A stretch of DNA of 64,000 bases from Neoechinorhynchus agilis (Eukaryota; Animalia; Acanthocephala). The position numbers were made by a program, and so were the translations under genes. The stretch is from contig CM121341.1 of assembly GCA_051530055.1 (NCBI GenBank), positions 17,462,784 to 17,526,783 of the forward strand. The letters run 5' to 3'. A model generated the notes under the pieces. It saw only the letters and a program-made list of their open reading frames with translations, did no database searches and was not told the origin of the DNA. Of this stretch, positions 36,770 through 47,308 are shown piece by piece (the stretch's first letter is position 1; every line of letters starts with the position of its first letter).

Positions 36770-38260
36770 CAGAAATCATTCACACCACCGTTCTGGATCA
36801 CTCAACTGCCGTCCTGGTGCAACGGTCGGAAGGACGGATGCAGCGTTCCCTCGTTGCATAGCCAGAGTTATGTTTTGTAGGAGGAATGCTCCTGCCCTCT
36901 GATCGCCAGTGATTCGTCTCAATCTCTTGGACAATTGCTTGACCAGGTAAGTCGCCGCGGTAGCAAACGGCCTGAATATCTCGACGCCAAAGAAAAGAAA
37001 ATAATGTTTACGACTCAGGTCCTAGAATTTTGTCCTTTTGCGTTCCTCAGCGGCAGTTGCTTCTCCCACTGGTTTAACGGTGGCGAATTTTATGTTGCTG
37101 ACTGCGAGCGTGTCCAAGAAACGTGGCGTCCAAGAGAAGGCATTTTCCTTCTCGCCACGGGTATACTGTGACACCGTCCGGTCTACGGCCATGGAGTCTG
37201 CAAAGATTGCTCGGCTGTTGGATGTTGGGCGCATTCATAGTATTCGGGGCACGACTAAGAATTGCGTTCACTTCAGCGTGTCTTGAGTACTTTCCGCCTG
37301 ATTGCCGACAGACGAGACTATGGCATCCCGATTTTTTCATCGGTCGCTACGCAACGACAGCCATGGAATGTACACATCGTTACCCCAAGTCTCAAGGACC
37401 CTGCAATCCTTACTGTCTCGTGGGAGCGAATGGTACCCACAGAAGCGATCTGATGACTAGAATCTGAAATTGAAGAGTTATGAATTCTCGCTACCATGGG
37501 TGGGTCCTAAACTGATCATTTGCAACCATTGACGGGGGCCTGCTCGCTGCCTGAATCTCAGCACCAAATATTAAGAGCACCCACGAAATGTTCATAAAAG
37601 AATAATTATTGCCAAGAAAAGACTGAACTATTTTGCGGCTTGCTTCATACGATCCCAAATAAGCTGGCAGAGAAATGTCGGCTGCTTTTCGGATACCAAA
37701 ACCGCCGGACGACACAGTCATGGACGCTTAACGCCAGGCCTCGTCCTACAGCTGAGTATTTAAAATATTCTCGAGGGAGGTTCTCACCATTTTGTCGCAT
37801 TTTGCCAGCCAATGTCTAACAAATGTGCTGTGCGCTGCTTATGCAGCAATTTGGGAATGAAGAAGGTGTTCTTGATCAATAACAGAACTTCGTGTGTAGA
37901 TAATTCATCAACTCGTTTGCACAGCACCGAATGTTGCGGTTGAAGATTGGCAATCTCTGCTTCCACATTGGAGTCAAAAATATAGCTTCCTAGAAGACTC
38001 AACCGGTCTAGAGTGATCAATTCCATCCCGGGGCCCGGTTCTGAAAATCTTTCACGATCGTTTGCATGGACGCTTCATCTTTCACGTTTATCACTAAAAT
38101 CTCGCATTTCGCAACATTCAAATCAATGCCAATTTTTGCCGTCTCTTTCACGAGTGTCTCCAAATGGCAATACCGAAATGCTTCTGGTGCGTGATCTCTA
38201 TCCGGTGATGAACGTGCGGAGTGGATGAACAATCGCCTCTGCGCCACAAGGTGTAGCTAT
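36770..38260 (-). mobile_element. CRE-clade copy, degenerate, with internal RT deletion
   Basis: AIVH..RTFITG is fused to LETLVKETAKIG; GGFGIRKAADISLPAYLGS, RHAEVNAILSR, RRPDG, and a terminal QRGNAAS-type segment. Frameshifted. Confidence 0.85.
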
Positions 38261-38264
38261 CTTT

Positions 38265-38440
38265 AAAACCAAGATTTAGAATTCATCGCAGTCCATTTCA
38301 TAGCTCCTCTGAGAAACGGCCTTAGAGAATTCACCATTGCTGGCGTCTATCGTCCTCCGGCCTCTCAACCTGAGTCCTCCCTGCTCCAAATTGACTGTAT
38401 GATGGAGCCCATAAACTCCACAAATTCGCACCATTTCTTT
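38265..38440 (+). mobile_element. APE endonuclease fragment of a CR1/L2-type LINE
   Basis: DLEFIAVHFIAPLRNGLREFTIAGVYRPP; related to DLEFIAFHFSAILRNGL at ~60150-60200. Confidence 0.65.
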
Positions 38441-38459
38441 TGAAAAGCTACAATGATTT

Positions 38460-38805
38460 ATTGAAGAGAGCGTCGACATCAACGGCGACTAAAGCAATAT
38501 ATCATCCCGAATCTCCCTACATTTAGTTCGAGGCAAAGCGACACAGACTGGTGGAAGAGAATGCTGACATCAACGGCGACTAACAAAAAATAGCATCATA
38601 GATCTCCCTACCTTCCGTTCGAGAAAAATCAACTCAGAATGAAGGAATAGAGTGCCGACATTATGGCAACCAAAGCTAAATATCATCGTAAATCTCCCTA
38701 TCTTCCGTTTGAGGGACGGTGACACAGACTGATTTGAGAGAGAACCTTCATCAATCGCGACTAAACCGGACTATCATCCCATATCTCTCTACTTTCCGTT
38801 AGACT
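38460..38805 (+). repeat. ~90-bp minisatellite, 4 units
   Basis: gacatcaacggcgact-type unit at ~38476, 38566, 38657 and 38746. Confidence 0.88.
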
Positions 38806-38959
38806 TTAATTAATGAACCTTTTATGATGTTTGGAAATATTCAGGTTTTTGCGTCTGGTTGAATTCAAATTTAATTTCATTCAAAGGACCCTTTAGTTAT
38901 CACGAGACAATTCGGTAAATAAACGCGTAATACTTGAGATCCTTACAGAATCAACTTTC

Positions 38960-39012
38960 TCTGGTTGTGTGCCAAATTAAAATCATCAGCAGTGAAAAAG
39001 GCCACACATAGA
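38960..39012 (-). repeat. Solo terminus of the 26425..33062 TIR family
   Basis: Reverse complement tgtgtggcctttttcactgctgatgattttaatttggcacacaacc resembles the TIR start. Confidence 0.55.
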
Positions 39013-39566
39013 TACTGAATAAAAGTTAGCGGCTGGCCAGACTCCAAAAAATACAATAAATTGTCTAACTTTGTTTGAAAATTCATTGAGGACTATTGAT
39101 CGGTGACATTTGACAATTATGAAATTCCACATGATTCTCGAATGAATACTGAGGTGTCGATCAAATAAATTTTTAAACTCGTCGATAGAAATTGCTAAGT
39201 TAGAAAAAGAAACATTTATTATTTAGTAATATCCTACCATTCGGAGACTTTTTCAGAAATTGTTGCGTGATAAAATCAAGCAAAACTGCATTCCGTTGAA
39301 CAAATCAGGAAAGTAACGCAGGCTTAACAGTGCTTTTTTCTACGATTTTGTCATTCCAACTTATTTACTTTACGTTCTATTAGAGTAAAATAAAAGGTAA
39401 GTCTATTCGATTTCGGCATTATTTATTATTGCAAGGAAAGATCGGTATCCCATGAACAATCTTTAACGATGAATATAGTACTATTTCAAATCATTAATGT
39501 TTACTTTGCACGATTTTTACATTTTACTCACTCAAGCATACATAATTTATAGTTTCTTCGACGCTC

Positions 39567-42500
39567 CTATTCATCGGCGCTGGCCAAAATGCTAGCCGCA
39601 TTGCCCCGCTGCACCGCAACGCTTATTTTTTGGGCCAAGAACGAAGTCGATTTTGGCTCTCCAGCCGCCGCGTTGATTCGTTTCCCCAAGTTCTTCACAA
39701 GGGCTAGTGCCAACCCTCCCAAGGCCCCATACGTTTCCACACCGAAGGGGACAAAATGGTAATTTCGGATTAGCTCCCTGTATTTTGAGCATTTCCGATC
39801 CTCTGCAGCCGTCGCCGCTCCTCCTGGACCTTTTTTCGAGTGGCTGATGTTGGAGTTTGCCAACGTGTCCACACACGTTGCATCCCACAACAAACATTTT
39901 CCCTCCGCCAAGGAAATACGGTCACGCCATCAGGGCGTCTTCCATCTAATCTACAAAGATTAGTGGGTTCTAGAATGTTTGAAAGGGAAAGCGTTTTTAG
40001 GGTCCTACTCAGAATGGCATTGATTTCAGCATGCCTTGGAAATCGTCCCGATGACGTCTTGCATATGAGACCGTGTCTCCCCGAAGAGTCCACTATAGTG
40101 CCGCAGCGGCAGCGATGCGGGATGCAAATCGGTAGACCTAATCTCAAGGATACTGCGATCCTGACGACTGAGTCAGCAAGGAGATTTCCAAGTTTACCTA
40201 CAGGGAGAGCATTCAACCACGCTCCCGACTCCTTCGTGGAACAGGCTAGCAGCCGGACCTGAGACACCTCATCCAGAATATCTTTGAAAGAGTTGTGAAT
40301 CTTCTGAACGAGAGGAATGTCCCAAGACGACTGCTTACACTCATTTGCGGGGAGCTGGTTGATGCCTGTCAATTGATGCCATTGATATAATCCTGTTTCA
40401 AAGATCGCATCCTTCAGCGATGTGCCTAAAATGGCATCGGCATAGACTTTACTTGCCCAGCAAGAGGAGAGGAAGGTATGTAAAGCGACGTCTGAAGTGG
40501 TGCGAACTCCCAAACCACCATAAGCCGTGGGAAAAGTAGCCTGTCGCCAACCTGTGTCAGAAAATTTGACATTCAATATATGTCCCAGCTGCTTACGAAT
40601 TACCCCGTCGAGCTCTCCTAACAATTTGTCTTCTCCGAAACATGGAGCTGCTCTTAGCTTATGAAGCAATTTCGGCATACAGAGGCAATTCTTGATCAAG
40701 AAGAGACCCTCATGTGCCGAAAGCTCAGAAGTTCGGCCGCAGAGCAACTCCATTTTCGGGATTTGTGCGCGCAGGTCCTTCGCAAAATTCTCAGCAAGAA
40801 CGCAGCTCCCGATGAATGTGAGCTGGTCAAGGGTGATCAAACCTAGACCAATAGCAACTGATTCAAAATCGCTAGAGATTTGAGAGCGTTCGTTTTCAGT
40901 TGCGTTCAGGATTAGAAGTTCGCATTTTTGGGGATTTATTTCTATTCCCAAGCGGTCCGCTTCATTCACGATCCTTTGAAGGTCGCTCAAAACAATACTT
41001 GGATCGCCACCGAGTGTGGCATCGTCCAAGTACCAAGCGTTGAAAGAAGAAACCATTGAATGGGCAAGATCATTTACTGCGACGGAGAAGCCTATGGGGC
41101 CGAGTGGATCTCCCTGTTGTACACCGCTCTGCGACCAAATTATTTTGTCGTTGTACAGCAGTGGCGTATGTTTAGCGTATGCTCTCCAGAAATAGGCGTA
41201 AGCCTCTGGGACGACATCCTCAATCGCTTTTAACATTGTTTCCCTTTTCAAAGTATTGAAAGCATTTTTAAAATCTACTTTCAGAATTGCTGTTGGCTTT
41301 GTTCTTTGGGGGATAAATTTTCGCAGAGCATGCACGACCGCTTCAACTCCACAAGGAGTGCAGCAACCTAACTGACAGGGTCTTAAAAATTCTCCCGTTT
41401 TATCGGAGATTCTCCTACATAAAACTTTCGCGGTTAACCTACGCAAAGTGCAGCCAATGGCGATGGGACGAATCCCACCATCTTTCTTGGACAAAGCACA
41501 CAAAGAGGCGCCGAAGAAAAGATGTGTAGCCAAATTGCCAACGGAGCCCTCGATGAAAATATCAACTATTTTAAGCAAAGCAGTTCCGAGGGCTATTCCC
41601 GAAGCACCTGTAGAAAAAGACACCATGTCTTTGAGGTGCTGTGGACGCAAGCCATCCGGCCCGTGTCCTGAGCCATTGGCGAAGGAAGACACAGCTTTCC
41701 TTATTTCTAAACTATTTGCTCGGAAAGCCTGAGCAGTTGGTGTAAAATTGGTGGAGTTCGACTCCGATGACGGATGCAACTTTAATAGAGCCTCAAAAGT
41801 TGTGCAATGATTTGGCGCAAAATCTTCAGTTGAGGCTAGAAGCCGAGCCGCACCGCGAACATCCCCGTCTGCGAGCTTCGCCGATACGCGTTGACCCAGT
41901 GGTCGAACTGTGCCTTGTTTACGGCTTTTACTAGACGAATTTTCGGGAGTCGCTGAGGATTCTGTCATTCTCTTAAAATTCGCGTCGAACTCCACTAGCC
42001 TATTTTTAATGTTGGATGTCAAATTCCCCGATATTGAGTTGCTAGAGCTGAGAACAAGGCGGGGAAAGCAAAAAGTTTTATCCAATCAATATCCTCATTG
42101 TTCTCAGCACAACGTTGCAATATATTTGTGTATGATTGTGCCACCTGGGTTCTTGCCCCCTTGGGAATGTGCTTTAAAATTGTTGTTGGTAAAACCCGGG
42201 AAAGGGATTCCAAAGATGGGGTTTGACAGTTTGGCGACAAGCTCTCGTTAGGTTTAGCCGGTCGTGATAAAGATAAGGATGCAGGAATGCTCGGCTGAGA
42301 TGGGAGAGGTTGGTACGAGCCAGGACATCGGGAACGAATGGGCCCATACACCCTAAAAAATCCAACCTTTGTTAAATGTATTTCCCGTTCGCAGAAGGGG
42401 CAAATCGTGGGAACGTATGGGGCACGCTGGGAGGTGCCAACTTGCATCAAAGTGGTAGGCGGTGACTTCGGGGTGGTCGGTACTTCGTCACGTTGCGTAG

Positions 42501-42690
42501 AGGAAGCGGTGCTGGTGATTGATGTGGGGTTGGTCGTCACTGGGTCGTCTGTTTGGTGATCGATTTCGGCCCCGAGCGAAGCGAGGGGACGGCGGAGGTG
42601 GCATCGTTGACGGCGGAGGTGGCATCGTTGACGGCGGAGGTGGCATCGTTGACGGCGGTGGTGGCATCGTTGACGGCGGTGGTCATCTAG
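39567..42690 (-). mobile_element. Near full-length CRE-clade (RLE-type) non-LTR retrotransposon
   Basis: N-terminal CPFC..LTKVGFF..GP..RCPGS finger; RT GPDGLRPQHLKD, KKDGGIRPIAIG, VDFKNAFN, GVQQGDPLGP, WYLDD, GGLG; CRCG..HGLIC..RHAEIN; RLE RRPDG..WDAT..FVPFGVETYG..AVQRGNAAS. Frameshifts near 42060 and 39900, and probably near 42560. Confidence 0.92.
42588..42686. repeat. 21-bp tandem repeat (gacggcggaggtggcatcgtt), 4 full units plus a partial, at the CRE 5' end
   Basis: Read directly. The minus strand encodes (MPPPPST)n in one frame. Confidence 0.95.
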
Positions 42691-42989
42691 TTTAATCTTT
42701 TTCCTTTTCCATTATCGTCATCGGTCGCTTATATTCAACTAAAATGAACGTCAGATTGTTCTGGCCAATCGATATGGATAACTTCGGCATTCTCGCATTT
42801 GCTGAGTGGTGCTGATAATGTAATCTGGAAGCTGGTGATTTAAAGCTTCTGCAGTCAATCACTTCGTTTCCAAATGCGGTATTGGTGAATTTTTTGACTT
42901 AAATGGTTAATGTCACGAAGGTCACCGAACGCCGTATGTGTATCCATATCCGTGATAAAAAAATTACGCACCTGGTTGTGGAAGACACC

Positions 42990-44035
42990 GTTTTCTGGGA
43001 TCGGACGAGGCCTGGCATCAAGCCTCCTTGCCTGTGTCGTCCGGCGGTTTAGGTATCCGAAAAGCAGCTGATATTTCTCTGTCAGCTTATTTGGATTCGT
43101 ATGAAGCAAGCCGCAAAATAGTTCAGTCTTTTCTTGGCAATAATTATACTTTGGATGAAGATTTCGTGGGGGCTCGTAATATTTGCTGCTGAGATTCAGG
43201 AAGCGAGCAGGCCCCCATCAAGGGTTGCAAAAAATCAGTTTGGGACTCAGCCTTGGTAGCGAGAATTCGTAACTCTTCAATTTCAGATTCTCGTGACCTG
43301 GTGAACCAAACTCGATTGGCGGCAGTCTCTACTAGAGAATCGGGTACTTGGCTCAACGCTATCTCGATCGCTTCTGTGGAAACCCTTCTCGCTGACGCGA
43401 CAGTATAGATTGCAGTCTCCCTGAGAATTAGGGTAACGACGTGTACATCTCATCGATGTCGTTGCGGAGCTACCGATGTAAAAATCGGGATGCCATAGTC
43501 TCGTCTGTCGGCAATCAGGCGGAAAGTACTCAAGACACGCTGAAGTGAACGCAATTCTTAGTCGTGCCCCGAATACTATGAATGCGCCCAACATCCAACA
43601 GCCGAGCAATCTTTGCAGACTCCATGGCCGTAGACCGGACGGTGTCACAGTATACCCGTGGCGAGAAAGAAAATGCCTTCTCTGGGACGCCACGTTTCTT
43701 GGACACGCTCGCAGTCAGCAACATAAAATTCGCCACCGTTAAACCAGTGGGAGAAGCAACTGCCGCTGAGGAACGCAAAAGGACAAAATTCGAGGACCTT
43801 AGTCGTAAACATTATTTTCTTTTCTTTGGCGTCGAGATATTCAGGCCGTTTGCTACCGCGGCGACTTACCTGGTCAAGCAATTGTCCAAGAGATTGAGAC
43901 GAATCACTGGCGATCAGAGGGCAGGAGCATTCCTCCTACAAAACATAACTCTGGCTATGCAACGAGGGAACGCTGCATCCGTCCTTCCGACCGTTGCACC
44001 AGGACGGCAGTTGAGTGATCCAGAACGGTAGTGTG
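42990..44035 (+). mobile_element. CRE-clade 3' copy, inverted partner of 36780..37760
   Basis: ORFs 43530..43778 and 37038..37286 differ by one residue. Ends AMQRGNAASVLPTVAPGRQLSDPER. Confidence 0.9.
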
Positions 44036-44109
44036 AACGATCCTTTATTTAGCTATAGTTAAATTTCATAATATGTTGATAAAATGTGATTTTATAGTAA
44101 AGGAATATA

Positions 44110-46045
44110 CGCAATGTATATAATATTTCGACCCTTCTTCGGATCTAAAAATAAGATATGGAGAATTTATGTAATCCTCATTTGTAGGATATAATCAGGC
44201 TCGTTGCCTTCCATTGTTTCGTTATTTTTAATATAGACCGCTTCAGTTATGATACAAGTGTATCGGTCGTCGCTACGGCCCAATATTTTTATGTCATTAA
44301 AATCGATTGAGTGTCCTGTGTTATCTACATGATTTACTATCGCAGAATTTTTATCTTGCCTCCTCAATGCGTATTTGTGTTCATAAGTTCTGCGAGCAAC
44401 ATTATTCGCTTGTCCTACATAGGACTTGTTGCAGTCTGTGCGTGGTATGCTATAAACCACGCCATGTGGTGGGTCACCCTTCGCAGAACTTATGAAAGCA
44501 TTGGGGGTCTTTTGTTGTTTGGTGTAAGTTATTGCTTTAATTCCCTTTAGTCGATACGCATTCACTATTTTTGAGTTCAACTTACTGTGTCGTTTTTCAT
44601 TTACATAAGGGATGTTTATGTATCGTATTTCCTCATGTGATCTCTGTGTTGATCTTCTATTCCAGTAACTCATGCCTTGAACGCAGCATATAATTTGTTT
44701 CTGAGTATATCCACTATTTTTAGAAAGATTTTTTTAAATTTAATTTTATTATTCAAAGAAATTACGTTCGAGCAGTACATTTTCGCTCTTCTAAAAAGAG
44801 CTGTCATTCTACTAATTTTATATTTTATGGGTTGTGTTGATATCCATGGGACTGGATAGCTAAGGGTTGTTGGGTTTTCTATAAACACTAGTTTCCAAGA
44901 TTACCCCTCTCTTAACATATACGTCCAAAAATGGAAGAGATTTTTCCCTTTCTATATCAATACTCCATTGGATTGCAGAGTCATTTTTATTTAAGTGGTT
45001 ACAAAGTAAATCACTAGTGATTGAATTATCCACAATCAGAAATGTTTCATCCACATATCGTAACCACATTTTTACAAAAGGTAAATCAGGTACATTTTTA
45101 TCTTCCCAATTTCTCATATATATGTTTTAGCTAATATTGGTGCAATCGGACTACCCATAGCCCCTCTTCATATTGAAAATTGCACTGTTTTGTGCAAAAT
45201 ACGAAGATTTTTCGCCAATCTGCCTCATTAAGTTTCCAACCTTGATTATTTCTCAAGAGAAACGGAATGGCTAAGTCAATAGCCTTATCAACTGGAATTT
45301 TCGTAAAGAGTGATACTATATCTGCGGATATCATTTTATGTCCACTCAAGTGAGTGTGGTCATTGAGCCTTTCAATGAATTCGTTACCAGACGTAACCAC
45401 TCTATTACTATGGGGAATGGCCTTTTTTAGCATATTGGCTAAGGTCCTTGATATGGAGGTGGTATACGAGTAGTGTGCTGCAATGATTAGTCTCAATTTG
45501 ATTGGATTTTTATGTACTTTTCCATAGAACTTAATTCTAGGGGTATGTGAGCCAGCTGATCTATATTTTTTATATATTTCATCTGTAATTTTCTTCTGTT
45601 TTTTCAGGGCTAGGAGAAAATTATTAAAATCCTTTTCATGCTTTTCAGTAGGACAAACAATTAACAGAGCAATACAAAATCTCAAAACATCGTTCAAGAA
45701 GGACATACAATTATATGACTCATATATAAACTCAATCAAAACTACCTACGATCCCGCGATCTGTGGTCTTATAGAGGATGCGTTAAATGATATTTGTGAT
45801 GTAGAGAAAGCGATTATTCAGAAAAGACATTAAAAACTACAGTCTGACAAAAGCACATTATTTGGCACAGAACACTCAATCGATTTTAATGACATAAAAA
45901 TATTGGGCCGTAGCGACGATCGATACACTCGTATCATAACTGAAGCGGTCTATATTAAAAATAACGAAACAATGGAAGGCAACGAGCCTGATTATATCCT
46001 ACAAATGAGGATTACATAAATTCTCCATATCTTATTTTAAATCTG
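44110..46045 (-). mobile_element. Penelope-like element (RT + GIY-YIG), degenerate, with ~180-bp inverted terminal repeats
   Basis: RT FYGKVHK, SADIVSLFTKIP, WLRYVDE; GIY-YIG GVVYSIP..C..SYVGQ..EHK..ITEAVYI. 44141-44320 is the reverse complement of 45866-46045. Confidence 0.92.
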
Positions 46046-46524
46046 AGATATCTTATGCGATCATTTCTTTTGTTAGCTTTCCGATGATGTCTGCGATTTC
46101 ATGCGATTTCTTTTGAAGAAAGCATAAAATTTGTTATTACAAATAAACATAGCTTTCACAACTGAAAATAACGAAGTCACTCATTTTGAAAACGACATCG
46201 TTATTTGAAATATTGGTTGTTTTCTGGTGTAAAAATAAAATATTGTCTTTATCAAGGTTTGTTTCTTACTTTATTTATCTTCTTCGGTGGTCTTCTTCCC
46301 ATAATGTCGGGTACGTAGACGTGTATTTCTATCCCAAATGTAATTAATAATGGCACTAAAACTCTTTCAATCGAGCATTCTCGCAAAGGTGTCCCAAAGT
46401 TTTTTATTTATTGTCACTACATTTCTCTTTGTGAGCTAATAAGCATGTTTGCAAAATTTGGGCAAGGTTGGTCCTATTCTTATTTGCTTACTACATTTGT
46501 TTAGAGGAGCTTATTAATTTCTGA

Positions 46525-47007
46525 TTGGTTGCCTTAAAAGATTGGATAAAATTAGCATTTAGAAGCTTCAGAAAATTAATTTTTTTTTCTGTTGCCAATC
46601 GCTATTATAACATCACAATCAATGTTTTAAGAAGCTTTGCTATACCCTACGCGTTTGCACGAATTTATAAGATTGTGAAAGCGTGGTATCGAGAGTGGAT
46701 CAGCGGAACATTTTTAAATGCTGATAAAAAATTCGGTCTAAGTGTCCGACTGCCCGATCTTTGTATTTTCTTTCACTCGCTAGCTCCTTTCGGTTCTCAC
46801 TATCCGGCATTGACGGAAGCCAATAAAATGCTGGTTCCCATTATGGCACTGGTGGACACTGACGCCAATCCAAACATTATAACGTATCCGATTCCAGCCA
46901 ATGACGACTCACCGTCTTCTGTTGGATTATTTGGAACGTTATTTGTCGATACCATTTGCCGAGCTAAGCAATTAAAGGAAGAAATTGACAGTCTAACCAA
47001 AATTTAA
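46525..47007 (+). CDS. MRPS2: Mitochondrial ribosomal protein uS2m, C-terminal exon; 5' exons not resolved
   Basis: WISGTFLN..FG..VRLPDLCIFFHSL..ANKMLVPIMALVDTDANPNIITYPIPANDDS is the uS2 C-terminal signature. Residues before ~46680 are AT-rich and may be intronic. Confidence 0.75.
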   Translation: MVALKDWIKLAFRSFRKLIFFSVANRYYNITINVLRSFAIPYAFARIYKIVKAWYREWISGTFLNADKKFGLSVRLPDLCIFFHSLAPFGSHYPALTEANKMLVPIMALVDTDANPNIITYPIPANDDSPSSVGLFGTLFVDTICRAKQLKEEIDSLTKI

Positions 47008-47308
47008 GGCGAGCAAATGATTTTTTATCAGACACATTTCTCTGCTCCCGGTTCACCGAATAAAGAATTCAAGAAAGACCAATTTCCTTGATAGATAGGA
47101 TGATATTACCGTTCGAACAAACCTAGAAACTAAGAATTTTATCGCTAAATATCTTGTCAAGTGTTCGCATTTTGTAAACATCAATCAAAGCACAAGTTCA
47201 CGACGATGGATCTTTTGACAAGCGACATCTCGAACTGCATAAAGGTTGAATCTTTATATTGTACGTAAAAATTGACTCACAAAGAAACTCACGAACTAGC
47301 TCGAGACA

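Noticed and set aside
33165-44031. Many antisense or alternative-frame ORFs over the gypsy, CRE and furin-like sequences
   Set aside because: Shadow frames of recognisable coding sequence, with no independent motifs.
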